Source: Spizellomyces punctatus DAOM BR117 (Eukaryota). From it: a stretch of 64,000 nucleotides of DNA. Within the stretch, counting starts at the first letter, position 1; each line of letters starts with the position of its first letter. The notes under the pieces were generated by a model. The model was given only the letters and a program-made list of their open reading frames with translations, was not told the DNA's origin and did not search any database. The stretch is from the NCBI GenBank assembly GCA_000182565.2, contig KQ257452.1, one strand, 5' to 3'. Of the stretch, positions 34,771 to 48,279 are shown in pieces. A program made the translations under genes and the position numbers.

Positions 34771-35171
34771 GAAAAAAGAGCAGATATATTGAGTCATGCA
34801 TGTATGCAGGTGGCAACTGCAGAATATTCCTCTCATAGATGGCCGCAAAGGGATAGTAATTGCCAATCATTCATTGCAGGTATTGGACCCGTTTTTTGTT
34901 TATCTTCGTGAGGATGATGTCACAATAAATGTGGTTAATTCAACCTGGCTGCAATGCTTGCTGATGTGGGAGGGATTATGTTGCACTGAAGATGTTTGAT
35001 TGGTTGAATTTGGCAAGCATATCACGTGTATTAGGTAATCACTCGGCGACGCTCGGCCTCTGGTTGCTAGGTTACTCACGTGATACCCTGTCGTGGCTGC
35101 TGTTGAAGGTCCTTCTCCGAGGTGGAAATTGGGCAATCGTTTTCCTCATCCATCACCCACATCCGCTAGCA

Positions 35172-35619
35172 ATGTCTGACGACTGGAACCCCTCTGAAGA
35201 CCCCAAGCCCCAGATTGAAGCCGGTATGTCATTTGTGCTTGTTTTGCGCAGGTGATTAGATTGTAGCATATTCACTCAATGCTAAATCTCGTCCGTTTTG
35301 GCAGACTGTGCTGAGGGTCACCATTGCCACAGCCTAAAGGCAAAACTCGACGCGTGTACTGCACGAGTGGAAGGCGGGGATGCTGGAGAAGAGACCTGCG
35401 TTGAAGAGTTCTTTGACTTGATGGTAAGCCTCCATTTCCAGCCCCTACTACAGTGTCGTGTTTGACATGTGTTCCTTTCTCTTGTGTAGGAGTGCGTCAA
35501 CCACTGCGTAAGTCTGAAGATCATGGCAATCCCCTTCATAGTCAGATTTGACTGGTATCTAACTTGAGAAATTTGGAAACTTTTAGGCTGCGGACAAACT
35601 CTTTGCAAAGATGAAGTAG
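35172..35619 (+). CDS. QCR6: Cytochrome b-c1 complex hinge subunit
   Basis: 4 exons: MSDDWNPSEDPKPQIEA|DCAEGHHCHSLKAKLDACTARVEGGDAGEETCVEEFFDLM|ECVNHC|AADKLFAKMK*. Confidence 0.93.
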
Positions 35620-36477
35620 AGGAACAGTTGGCGAAGGGGAATGTTGCGGGTAGACTAATATATATCGATTTAATCCTGCGAATGGATCTGGTTGCGATTC
35701 TCCGTGGACTTTTGGATGATGAATTTTTGTGGGCCTTTTTTTTGCCTGTTGAGATGCCCCTCTGATGTGACATGGGTTCGGACGGCAAGATGATGCACCT
35801 CTTCCTTGAACCGGTTTCGTGAGGAAAAGTCGAAGCCGAGCACTAATGCATGAATACCACATGGCACAACTAAACAGTATGCAGCTCCATAACACGGTGA
35901 AGCAACCCCATATGCAGATTACAGGGAGCGTAAAGACATATGAAAGTGCAAAACGGGGTTTCCCTCGCCATTTGCATTCATGTAAAGGACCCATCTTCTG
36001 ATGTTCGGGTTCCATGAGCCCAAGTTCTCCTTGTGCTGGAGACATCTCACCTTTCTTTTACATTTTCATCTGCCATTTAACTTCGTGATGCTTTATAAAA
36101 TTCAATGTTCTGAATGCCTTAATGGCACCCAGGTTACTACCAGAAGTTAATGGAAACCATCTTGTGCTCACAGATTTCATAAGTTACTTTTGTGTATATC
36201 CAGTGGCTCTGCAACAGCAAAAGTAGGTCCAACTCTGGTGCTATCGCTTTACTTTTTGTCGGGCAGCTGCTCCATGCTGCGACACTCGACAGAGCCAACC
36301 TGACGTTCCTTACGCGTCACCAGGCGGAACGTCGGACCACCCAAATGGCCGACTTTGATATCCCAACCTGTTTGTCAGCGTTCGATTTTCGAAAACACTT
36401 TTGATCGACTGAATAGTTTTATTCATATAATCGACGAACAGACGAACAGATCTGTGGTCAAGCGACAAGCAAGGATT

Positions 36478-38264
36478 ATGACGGGGACTATGCGAGCAGT
36501 AGTTGTCAAAAAGCCAGGTGGGGTTCACAGTTGCTTATTTATCTGATAGTGGCATTATTGAAAACGGGCGAAACAAAAGGCAATGCATCCGGGCTGGCGA
36601 TCGATACCGTTCCCAAACCGAGTCCAAAGGACGATGAGCTACTAGTGAAGGTAACAAACCTATCCATCCATTACAAAAAGGAGGTTCTGACTAATCAAAG
36701 TGAACCCAATATGATAGATCCACTCTTTTGCTTTGAACAGAATGGACATTCTCCAGCGGGACCAGCATTACCCCGTTCCAAAGGGGGCGTCTGATATCCT
36801 CGGGGTGGAATTTGCGGGTGTTGTGGAGGAAGTTGGTCCAAAGGGTATGCCGACGATCGCTCGATTTATAGATTGTGGATCTAATCTGACTTGTTTGGTC
36901 AGTGGAGAGGTACAAGAAGGGGGATAGGGTTTTTGGACTCGTCTATGGGGGTGCCTACGCAGAGGTTGGTTGATGTCAACAAAGTTGAATAATGGTATTC
37001 AGGAAAAGTTGACGTGCGATTCAGTATGTGACAATTTCGGAACACATGGCAATGTCCATTCCGGAACAGTTTACCTTTCAACAAGCGACTGCCATTCCTG
37101 AGGTATGCAAAACACTTGTTTGTTTGTGCTCCACACATGATGCTGATCTAGTCCTTGGACAAAGGTTTGGTTCACGGCATATCAGGCTTTGTTTCTGATC
37201 AACGATCTCAAAGAAGGTACGCCTATGACAAAGGTAGATTTACGCAAACTGCCAAGACAGCTTATTTGTAAAACAGGCGAGGATGTCCTCATCCATGCTG
37301 GAGCCAGTGGTGTGGGGTTATCTGCTATTCAACTTGCCAAAAAGGCCAAGGCGTACGTCCGTTTTGTTTGTCATGAATCGTTATATACCATTCCTCATAA
37401 TTCTTTGTTTGCACCAAAAGAAAACACATCATTGTAACAGCCGGACACGAAGACAAGCTCGCATTCTGCAAATCCCTCGGAGCAACCGACGGTGTCAATT
37501 ACAAAAAAGAAGACTTTCAACAAAAGGTGCGGACTTGACAAATGACTTTTTAGACATGCTCAATGTCAACCCACTGCTGTGATAAACAAAAAGGTGCAAG
37601 AAATCACAAACGGAAAGGGTGTCAATGCCATTGTAGACTTTATCGGAGCGGGGTACTGGGATAAAAACCTGGCTTCTTTGGCAGTGGATGGGCGTATGGT
37701 CCTCTTGGCTTTCTTGCAAGGTAAAGTATTTGCTGATCAGTATTTTATAGAGCGTCAAAGCCTGAGCCATTTGACCTATATAGGCGCTGTCCTCGAAAAG
37801 TCCAATATGGCACCTATCCTTCTCAAACGACTCAAGGTATGACTCGTGTGTTTCCATTCGACCAGACTACAAACACTAAGATTGGCCCGACAGATTCAAG
37901 GATCCACGCTTCGCTCCCGTTCACTAGAATACCAAATCGCTCTGCGAAACCATATTGAAAAAGAGGTCCTACCGGGCCTTGTCGATGGAAGTTTGAAATT
38001 GATTATTGATAAGGAATTTGGATGGGAGGACATTGCTGAGGCTCATAGGTGGGTAAATAGTGGTTTTACGCAAGTGAATTGTCACCAATTTGGGGATTGA
38101 ATCGCTCTGATTGGACTTTCCTTTGTTTTTCGGGACAGGTACATGGAAAGTAATCAGAGTATGGGTACGTTATGGTCTTATTCGCATCACACAGTTTCTC
38201 TCCAGCCAAACTCACTTTCTGATCCGGCGCCTCAGGGAAAATCGTTGTAAATGTCACCAAGTGA
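36478..38264 (+). CDS. NADPH:quinone oxidoreductase, PIG3/TP53I3-like (MDR family), many exons
   Basis: 'LNRMDILQR..YPVPKGASDILGVEFAGVV', 'GGAYAE', 'AIPE|VWFTAYQAL', 'VLIHAGASGVGLSAIQLA', 'IQGSTLRSRSLEYQ', 'AH.YMESNQSM|GKIVV'. Confidence 0.95.
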
Positions 38265-38573
38265 GGGCATTTTATGCACTGATATCATAAATCTGCTAGG
38301 CAGATAGTTAGGATCTTGCAGTGTTAGGCAGCATTTACCAGCCAACAGAGTATATATACGAGGCTTGGACAAAAAAGCAGAAAACAAGAAACTAAACACA
38401 ACTTGGTAGATCAAAGAACAATATATACATCAGACCAGAATGCAATCGATACATGGCGTCCCATTCCCATTTGCATTGCACTCCAAATTATGCAAAAGAC
38501 ATCATTCGCCTTCAGATTACTTATGCAGAACCCGCTGGTATACCCAATAACATACGCCACCTGCATCTCCACC

Positions 38574-39903
38574 TCACAATATGGGAACATTGATCCGGGT
38601 AGATCCATTCGTTGACGCCGAGCGCTCAGATGCGCGCATAGGATAAGAGGGTTGTCTGTTAGAACCCATAGGTTGAGCGTATTCTCTAGACGCCTGCAGT
38701 GGATGCGGTTGCTGAGGCTGCGAAGGTACACCGCGTTCGGAAGGACTATAATGCATCGAGACACCAGAGTCTCGCGGCTGCCGGGTTCCGGCGAATGCCT
38801 CTGGCGTCGCATGGTGTAGATGTGGGTCAGATACAGGACAAGACGCGCTTCTCGGAAGATTCAAGTGTGAAGCATTGTGCGCTGTTTCCCAGAATTCATG
38901 CATCGAGGGAATGGTGCTATAGCTCCTAAACACACCGATCCTATCAAAGAAGGGGTCAGAGAAAGGATCGCGGCGAGATGGATCTTGGGAAACTGAAGGA
39001 CGCTGGCGAGTAATGCGTGCCCGTCCAGTCGGAATATCGGCAAAAGGATGACCCAAGAAACCCTGCAAAAATGGGTCCAGATGCTGAAAGCCGGGGTTAG
39101 GCCGACGTGTGCGGCTATGGGCTCGGAAATCTTCAAATGGATCATGACCTGGGGTAATGATAGCCGCGATCCATGGTCAATTCCCTGTCAAGCAGCGCAA
39201 CCAAAAGCATGGTAAACGGCACATACTGAAAAGCTGTTCCATGACGGAAAATAGCGAAGTGTTTCCAAAGAAGGCTTCAAATACATGGAAAGGATCGACC
39301 GGATGTCCTCTCGGGTGTGCTGAAAGAATATAATGAAAAATCAGTACACAGGAGTCGTTAATACAGTGAACCGCAACACCACTTCACCGGATGGGACTGA
39401 CGGATTCTCTGGGATATCCTTGGCTTGAGCACCTGAAGTAACACGCATGTGGTTAAGCACCTTTCACAAAATGGTTCTCTGAAAATGTCTAGGTCCTACC
39501 CGTGCGATCGTAGTACGCTCTCTTTTGATCTTGATTATCAAGCCAAATTAGAATCAACGATCTATCATGCTCTTCCACCGAAACTTGTTCATTCACTCCG
39601 TACCATCGCTCAACACTTCATATGCCTCAGCTACAAGCCGAAACCGCATTTGAGCTTCCTCAGCATTTTCCAAATTTTTATCGCTGAACATCAAAGGAAT
39701 CGGTATGAGGGCGCAAGTTGATATTCGCACTTCGAGTCAGACTTACGGGTGCCATTTAAGCGCTTCCTTTTTGTAACTACACATCAATACTACATTAGTA
39801 CGTCAATTCATGGCAGGAAGAACCAACCCACTTACGCTTTTTTGATATCTTCTGCGGTGCAGCACTGTTCCAGACCAAGTATATCGTAATACTCTGTTGC
39901 CAT
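38574..39903 (-). CDS. DnaJ/Hsp40 J-domain protein (DNAJB6-like)
   Basis: MATEYYDILGL..EDIKKA|YKKEALKWHP|DKNLENAEEAQMRFRLVAEAYEVLSD, followed by a G/F-like 'DPFHVFEAFFG' region. Confidence 0.92.
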
Positions 39904-40905
39904 ATTGACGCGACGGTGACCGAGATCACAGATGAATGCGTTCAGCAAATCTCTTCACCGTAAAACAAGTAGACAAGTTCGACAGGTAAAGTTGCGGCAA
40001 TCTGCAGTCGCCACAGATGGCGAATAAAACCTCCGTGGGGAAAACGAAGGAATGGCTGCGTAGGAAAGGGCGTGTTACGTGAAGTTGATGGCACAGCTGT
40101 TCATGATTATGTCAGCAGAAACTGCCAGAACTGCGCTTTCGAACATTCCTTTTTGATAACCAGTTGACATGGTCTACCATGTGCAACAAGCAGATGTCAT
40201 GACATGGTATCAGAGGCAGATACACACAAGTGGTACTCTGATACGCAGTCCGTGAGTGCTTTGAGAAGGCGACGTCTACTGAAATGGAGTAGACTGTAAC
40301 GCCTAGCTGCATGCCCACCGTTGAGGTCCAATGCATGGGCTGTTCTTTAGTGCACTACGTTTCTTTCTTGGAATTGACATGCTCATGCGTTCATGCTTTC
40401 TACTCGTTTCTGGCTCAGCGTTACGATTTAATGAACTAAAACTTTAACAATTCTCTGTAACATTGTGCGTAAATACATTGCGACCCTCTTGAAGGCTGCC
40501 ACGAATGACGATGACTCAGAGGGTTTGGGATCGCGCTTCCGTCATCCGGAATTCCCGCTGCCGACCAGCAAAACGGCATTTGTCAAGTTTCCAATTCCAC
40601 ATCTTTTAAAAAGAGCGACTTGCAAAGGTCACTTTTATAACCTCATCTCCATTCTCCACTCTCATACCATCGCAACGTTGCATCGCCACGCCCAACGCAT
40701 AGCCGCTTGGAGGCGATCCTTCGAGCACAAGCACCGAGACACTGCTTCTCAGCTCTCTGCTGCTATAGACAACTTTCGACGAGCATTACCTAAAGGTGCT
40801 GACCCTCGAATTTGCAACGCTCAGAAAGCCCGTACTCTCAGAGTCCCGTTCTTTACTCCACAACGACTTGCCTCATTACGGCGGCGCATTGTTCGACAGT
40901 CCACA

Positions 40906-42798
40906 ATGGCCGACGTTGCATTTGTGCCCCACCAACAACCCAAGGGCCGAAGTTGGTCTTTGTTCTCCTGGACACCGACATCAGTGACGCTGGCGCAGGC
41001 GGCAGAAAACAGGTTGCTCTCTAGATTTCAGTACTTTAAGCCAGCGAGTACCCTCGTGGGAGCTGCTACACCACAGGAGGCTCGTGAAGCTGTACAAGAA
41101 ACAACCGAACTGCCAACACCAACCAAAGACATCTCTCAAGATATTGCGTCGGTGCAATCCACGGAGCCGAACGAGAGTTTGATTGCCCGTGTGGGCCTTG
41201 TAGACGTTGGCGATGGGCAAATGATCAACACACTAGTTATCGATCGAACAGATGAAAAGTTGCATCATACCACGGGTGCTGGTATCCTGCGAAGAGAACT
41301 GAGTCATGGATCAGGCGGCGAAATGGTTCACTTGGAACAGGACGTGGCCCCCGTGGAAGAAGTTGGTCGAACGGGCACAAAGAAGAAGACTCTGGTTATG
41401 GCGCACGGATATGGGGCTGGGTTGGGTTTTTTTTATAGGGTACGTTTGGTGATAAGCTCTCATCCAATACGGCAACCTGCATTGTTAATTCTTTAAGGTC
41501 AACAGAACTTTGCTGGACTGAGCGACGTCTCCGGCTGGAGAATCTATGCTATCGACTGGCTTGGCATGGCAAATAGTAGTCGTCCGCCATTCCCGAAATT
41601 AAAACGTGGAGCAACGGATGATGAAATCGTGGAAGATGCGGAGACGTTTTTTGTAGAATCATTAGAAAAGTGGAGAGAGGCGAATGGTATTGATTCAATG
41701 ACATTGATGGGTACGTATATCAGACTTTCATATTCGCCATGGTTATAATCTGATGCAGTTTTTAATAATAAATAGGACATAGTCTGGGTGGTTACCTCTC
41801 TGCATGTTACGCGTTGAAACACCCTGAAAGAGTCGAGAAACTTGTGCTTGTTTCGCCAGGTACATATCGCATGTTCAAATGGTGCAGCGGCTTGGCCTCT
41901 ACTAAAATTCTCGGATATCAGCCGGTGTTGGCAAAATACCAGAAGGTCAGGAAGCGGCACTGAGACGACGTGGATTCCTACCCGCGCTCTTTACGACGTT
42001 GTGGTCATGGAATGTTACACCCATGTCTGTTATTCGTACGATGGGGCCCTGGGGTGAGTATTTTCTTATAAGATATCTTATTCGATAGTACACGTCAATT
42101 GCTAATGCGCTGATGAATAGGTCCATCACTGGTCCGCAAGTACACAAGTCGTCGGTAAGATGGACTGTTTGGACGTTGAGTGCGAGCCTGGATATTCATG
42201 ATTATCGTTCAGGTTTGCCTACCTTGACCAGAGCGACGCAGACGATCTGCACAGTTATATCTATCATATATCAGCTCAGACCGGAAGTGGAGAGTTTGCA
42301 TTAGCAAGATTACTTTTGCCGGTATATTACCTCTTCGAAGCTTGTTGTTGTTGCATCCTCTAATGAGTGCTTTGTTCCGCATAGGGAGCTTGGGCACGGA
42401 AACCCCTTCACGACCGCCTAGCCAATTTGAAGATGCCAACGACCTTCTTATGTAAGCACCAGTAAAATGTAGACCATCCGTTTCTTTACAATTCTGATAA
42501 CAAGACCATGTCACTTAGACGGAGCGCACGACTGGATGGATTACCACGCCGCCATGAGTGCCGTTAAAGGAATGAAGGTACCCACCCGAATAGCCCGCGT
42601 AGCTGATTCCGGCCATCACTTGTATCTTGGTACGTATAATTATCGTTTTGAGGACTGCCGCCATTTCTGACTCGACTGTTGTGCGTAGATAACCCAATGG
42701 GGTTTAACAATGCCATGATTGCCGAGATGGTTAATAAGGATGTTGCGCGAAAGGGGGTGGAAGATGTTGAGTATGTTCATGTAAATGACCGGCGGTGA
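40906..42798 (+). CDS. CLD1: Cardiolipin-specific deacylase / ABHD4-ABHD5-like alpha/beta hydrolase
   Basis: '[18 protein letters not shown]', '[16 protein letters not shown]', '[10 protein letters not shown]', '[26 protein letters not shown]', 'DWMDY', 'GHHLYL|DNP'. Confidence 0.9.
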
Positions 42799-43068
42799 TA
42801 TAAGGCTGGCGCTCGAAGCATAGATTTTAATTTATAGCGATTATCGTACGATTTATATGCAAGGAGGTTGAATCGCAAATACACGGCGAGTAGATCTGGT
42901 TTAGATCACGTGACAGACCTCAACTTGATGACATCACGCGAATTGTTGAGAAGTGTTCTTTCCTAGCCATTGCGTTTGATATTCCTGCCCTTGTTCTCTT
43001 GGTCGCCTTGTCTATCCTTTTGCATTTCCAAATATTCCATACTTGCATTACCGCAACAATCTTCCAAT

Positions 43069-43781
43069 ATGGCAATGAGAATCAGCAACAAAATCTTGAA
43101 CGGCCTTATTCAACAAGTATAATAGCAATTGACACTTTTCCGCAAATGCCACCTTTAATCGCTTCACATACACTCAGGCTAACCGCGAACTGTCCAATTC
43201 AAATGCCTATCTCTCCATGTCCTTGTGGTTCCAAGACCGTGAACTTCCTGGCTCGGCCCAATGGTGCAAAACCCAATCTGACGAAGAGCGCATGCACGGT
43301 CTAAAGATTTTCGATCACATTGTAAAGAGGCGGGCAAAGGGGGCTTTGGTGCACGCAATCGGGCAACAAAAGTTTTCGTATGATGACCCTTTGCAGATTT
43401 GGTTAGTAGGTCTAAATGTTTTTTGGTTTGCTTGATTGGACATACTGATATATCATTTGTATGTGTAGGGAAAAGGCTCTGGAACAAGAACAGCTCAACT
43501 CGGTTGCCATCATGGATCTCGTCCGACAGGCGCGAGAAGAGGGTGACTATACGACCGACACGTTTCTTCAGTGGTATGTCGCGGAACAGCTTAATGAAGA
43601 AACGTCTGTGAAGGATATTTTGGAAAATGTAAGTCGGTTCTCTATTGTGTGCAACTTCTGGAGTATGCCCTTGTCGCATGGTGGTGACAGTATTGCGTAT
43701 TTGATCTAGGCTAAACGGGTCGCCGCAACGACTGGGTTGTATGTTACATTTGATTCGCAAATAACGAGGAAGCCACATTGA
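43069..43781 (+). CDS. Ferritin, prokaryotic non-haem (FtnA-like) type, 4 exons
   Basis: Spliced: MAMRISNKILNGLIQQ|ANRELSNSNAYLSMSLWF..LPGSAQW..QSDEERMHGLKIFDHI..|EKALEQEQ..AREEGDYTTDTFLQWYVAEQLNEE..|AKRV..LYVTFD; ferroxidase-type residues (E, EE..H, E, Q..EE) present. Confidence 0.92.
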
Positions 43782-44172
43782 GCATGTCATGAGGAAAAGC
43801 AATTTTCGAGACGTTGTCCGCGTTATGGTCTGCTTGGTCGAATGGTTTGTGGGTGGGTAGGGAATATATTTAGGTCTGTGCATAGCATCAAAATATAATG
43901 TAACTGAACCTCTGACAGCATCAAAGAATGGAAAATCGTATTTGTTTTGTGAAATTCGAAAGTCCAAGTGCATCCCAAAAAAAGCCAAACCCGACAAAGG
44001 AGTGTCCCCACCCAAATAACAGAAACCCGAATAACAGAACTATATACATTTCGTTAAAAAGGCCTGCAAGATAGTCTGCTATACTATTCAAGAAGAGCCA
44101 ACGTAACGCCCACCACCAAAAGATATTGAAAAGATCCAAGGCGATAACCTGCTAGAGCCAAAATATGTCCAC

Positions 44173-45370
44173 TTAAGCGGCGTGAACCACTCGTACTTGC
44201 GGTTTGGCACCCAAGAAGGCTCGTTTGAAAGCTTTGGTGAGCTTCTTCACCGCCGGAGATTTCGATTTAACATCAATTTTTTGTGCTTCTTCTCCTTCTT
44301 CTTCATCTTCATCGCTGCTGGTGCTGTTCTTATTGCTTGTGGCAGTGATGATATTAGCGTCCGAGGTTTCCATTGGAGTAATGGATTGATTTGATTCATT
44401 CTCCTCTATTTCTCCACTTTCATCCCCGCTCAATTCATTATCTGCATCGCCGCCCTCATCATCTATCAATTCCTCTGGGGGTATCAGTTTCACTTCTTCA
44501 GCGAATTGAACACGACGCTTTGGTCGATCTGTACTAGGTCTTTTCCGCGTCAAAACTCCAGTTGTTGCCGTCAAAGGACGACATACCACCTCGGTTGGCT
44601 CCTCGTAAGAGTCTGATCCTCGTCTTGAGGCTTCTGCACTCGACACGTCCAAATGGGAACTCGCCGCAGCAGAATCCAGTTCCAGGCCCGCGAGGGCAGC
44701 ATCCAGTTCATCCTTGGCGAACATTCGCCCGGCACCAAATGAACCAGTGCTCATGGATGATCGCCTGGCTGTCATATCGAGATTCGACATTGTGGATGAT
44801 GTCGATGGGGTTGAGAGTTGGGTAAATGATGTCGACGCTTCGGATGGGGAGGAAGCGGCTTCAACGTCGGCGGCGAAGCTGGCGTTGGCGTCTCGTACAA
44901 GCGCTGCTCGATACCGTTTGGACCACCTTTGATATTATAAAATAATAAAAATACTTGTAAGCATTCTCCCCTCGTCAAGAACCATTAAACTCGGTAAACT
45001 CCCATCACGCCTCACCTCAACATGACATACATCCTCTCCATTCTCTCCCGTTCCTCTCTGTCCTCTTGCCCCTCAGCCGGCGCCGCCCGCTTACCCAACA
45101 TATCTCTCATAATAGCGTCATCCAATACACTCCCCCGTCGTCGGGTCGGAGGTGGAGGAACGCTGTCAAGCATGTCGTTTTCGTCCGAAGAATCGTGCTC
45201 TTTCTGCATGTCATCGAGAAGGTGCCCAGTAAGGGTTCTCGCATCGTCTTCATCCGAATGTCGGGAGAGTTTGTGGAGGTTCTCCTCCTGTGCCTCAAAA
45301 ATGTGTGGTTCGGCCGTGGTTGTGATGTGGTGGGTGGGGGAATTAGACTTTGATATGCTTGCGTTCTTTT
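44173..45370 (-). CDS. Acidic low-complexity protein with RVxF-type motif (5' end unresolved)
   Basis: Open frames 45012-45370 and 44173-44930 linked by a GT..AG intron; 'PKRRVQFAEEV' matches the PP1-docking RVxF consensus. Confidence 0.6.
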
Positions 45371-46457
45371 AAAGGACCGTGTTGCTTCGAATACATAAAC
45401 ACACACCGAGTTGCTCAACCCTTGTATGTACTTGAGAAATAGTGCACAAGATATACGCAAACTGAGAAAGTCGGTAATCTATAAAACCTAAACTGCCGTT
45501 TGCAGGAGAATTTCCACCAGGTCATTCTTTTCACATCCTTCCAGGTGTTATCGCAGTTTTTTTTTTGCTCACGGGCACACCAACACAACACATACACACA
45601 ACACAAATCCCACTCAAAATGTCTGGCTCACGTCACTATCAGCACCTTTTGCTCCCTCTTGTCCCTTCATGAACGAGATTTAATGGGGACCACCCACGAT
45701 CTCTTCATTGATGGCCTCACTGAACTGCACCGATACCCTAACCCTCGCGCGTATTCAAGTTATTATTGTTGTCCCAAGCCAAGCATCGCAAAGGAAACCC
45801 TGTTCAGCATCTATATGGTATTCCTTCTCAAAAAAGAATACGATCGATCTCACACACTCAGCTGCTCAGCAACACACATAGGAAGGAATCAATCCTTTTC
45901 TGTCCCGCCTCGCCGAAATGCATACATCCCATCGGTCGGGTCCATGGAGTGCCCAAACAGAAAAAAAATAAGCTCTGGCTTTACTTCAAATATTGTGACC
46001 AACCCATTCAAGTATCCCGGTGGTATGGCATCGAATCAGAATTTACATGCAATTGGAAACGATGCACCTTGTATTTGGTAGACCATGGAGTTCAGATCTC
46101 ATGCATGGAGCACAAAGAGTTTACAAGGTTTACAACATCACATCCCTCAGACGCTGTATGTTGGGGGATGACTCCCGATCATCAATGAGAGCCGACTAGG
46201 TCAATGATCCACAAATTGTGTTACCTCCCCTGACTCTAGAACTTCGAATACAGATATGCGCAAAGCTGAGCAGCGTCCTGCAAGTTTCTTGATGATTTAG
46301 TCAATGGTCGGGGGGAACAGCAAGAACGTTCAATGTAAGCACCGATGCGACAATGAACGTCCATTACAACGATTTCGTGGCGAGGGCAATTCAATAGTGC
46401 TCGCTTGCCATCTCAACGATTACGTAATGTCGGAATAATACCAAAGCGACATTGGTG

Positions 46458-48279
46458 TCAAGTTGCATCGTTCTTTCCCACATTGAATGAGCTCGTGGTT
46501 CCATCTCGCTTCATAATCGTCACTGATGGACCCGTGCGCTTTGGAGGCTGAGAAGCCATGGATGAAGTTGATGACGTTGAAGCTACACGATTGCGGGACA
46601 TTTTCCTGCTATCGTCTTTCTCTGGCCATGCCTCTGCAGGTTTTGAAAGATCCGTGGTTCCGGTATTGTCACGGGATCTCACTTGCCGAGGTTTACTTTT
46701 GCGAGTGTCTGTATCGCCTTCATTGATTACAGCCGTCACTCCATCAGCTGATGCATCGATGAGATCGCCTTCGAGTCGCGTTCGACGTTTCTGACGATAC
46801 CCTCTCCCTTTACTTTCCTCCCTCTCCTGTAAACCAGGTCCATTGCTAGCTCTAGCTTCTGGCGCCGTATCCCCACTAGCGGAGGCATCGTTTTGAGAGT
46901 CTTCATCCGCTTTTTGCTTTCGAGCACTCCCCCGCGGTCGCTTGGTCTCTTTGGCTCCGAGCACAGCACCCAATGAAGCCTTGAATAATCCCCCGGTGGG
47001 AGCAAGGCGACTTCGCCGTTGTTCAGCTTTAGGTGTCACGTCCGTAGCCTCCTTGGAAGAAGCGCCAGATGCAGACGGAGTAGTTGCAGACTTCTTTCCA
47101 ACGGGTGATGAAGATCGTTTGACTATTCCAGTTGGGACGACACTCTTTGTCATGCCAGAGGTACTTCCGGACTTGCCACCTTCCTTGGACTTTGAGGAGG
47201 ATTTCTTCTTTTCCGATCGTCGTGATTCTTTGCCTTTTGCATCTGTGACTGCTTTTGTTTGTTTACTTCCCTCAGCGCGTGACGCTGCCTTCTTTGCGCG
47301 AAGTGCATCGAGCAGAGGAGTCGACTTTGGTTTATCGGGTCCTGCGAGTTGGGATGAGCTTGCTGTTACTATCGAGGTGACGGTTGAGTGCGCAACGCCT
47401 TGCTCCTTCGCCACTTGATCCGCCAACAACGTTCTTTCCAATTTTTCCAGCTGTGTTTCTCCAGTGGCTACACTAGATGCTGCAGCCTTTGCTTCGTTGT
47501 CTTCTTCGAGACTTTTGAGAAATGCCAGAAAATCTGGGTCTGTGATAACCGCGTAAAGAGGATTAGTCTAGTAACAACTTGTCGCAATTAGACACGTTGT
47601 ACAAACCTTGTTCGATCGTATTCATTCTCGGGTCAGGCTTCTTCTTACTCTTTGGAATACGCTGGAAAGGGGCAAATTCAACCACAGCCCGATGCTCAAC
47701 TCCTGTCGCAAAGATGAGATAAAGGTCTCGCGCCTAACAAACAAGCAGGTCCCCATACCTTTGGAATCTACAAAGAGATGACCATTGTATGTACGACAGA
47801 AATCAAGAAGAGCATCGATGTTTTTAAAGTTGAGATATGCTCGAGAGAACACGCTGATCTTGGCTTGGCTGCAATTGAAATGAATGTAAGCTTTTACATA
47901 GGTGGTGCATCTGTTCTCCGAATGCTATATACTATACCTTGTGGCAATCTTTCCTGCAACAAAAGTCCACCAATCCGTCTCACCCAGCCATTTGTCAACG
48001 GTCGTCTTGAAGATCTCTTCGGGAAGATGAGGAGGTAATCTGCGAACGACAATCTTTGTGCGTGGCTTGTTTTCTTTTGCCTTACGACCGGGTCGCTTCC
48101 GTGTTCGGCGTGAGCGTTTCTTGTCATCTGCCTGACTGCCTTTTGAGCGTTCATCTCCAACACTCCGAGTTGAGCTGTGGGATACTTCAGCAGCCGCTGG
48201 AGTCACTGCCAGTTCAGAGATATGTTCTAATATCACAGCAGAATATTCTTTGCTGACCTGCTTCCGCTGCTGTCACCAT
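46458..48279 (-). CDS. UPF3: Nonsense-mediated decay factor UPF3 (Smg-4/UPF3 family)
   Basis: 'KIVVRRLPPHLPEEIF', 'FSRAYLNF', 'GHLFVDSKG', 'VEFAPFQRIP', 'DPDFLAFL', 'TPLLDALRAKK'. Confidence 0.92.

Noticed and set aside
40465-40905. 5' extension of the 343-aa ORF
   Set aside because: Starts at GTG in promoter/UTR-like sequence; ATG 40906 is the plausible eukaryotic start.
42960-43068. Iron-responsive element upstream of ferritin
   Set aside because: No CAGUGN-looped hairpin seen.
43179-44015. 278-aa minus-strand ORF
   Set aside because: Antisense shadow of the ferritin gene with no recognisable motifs.
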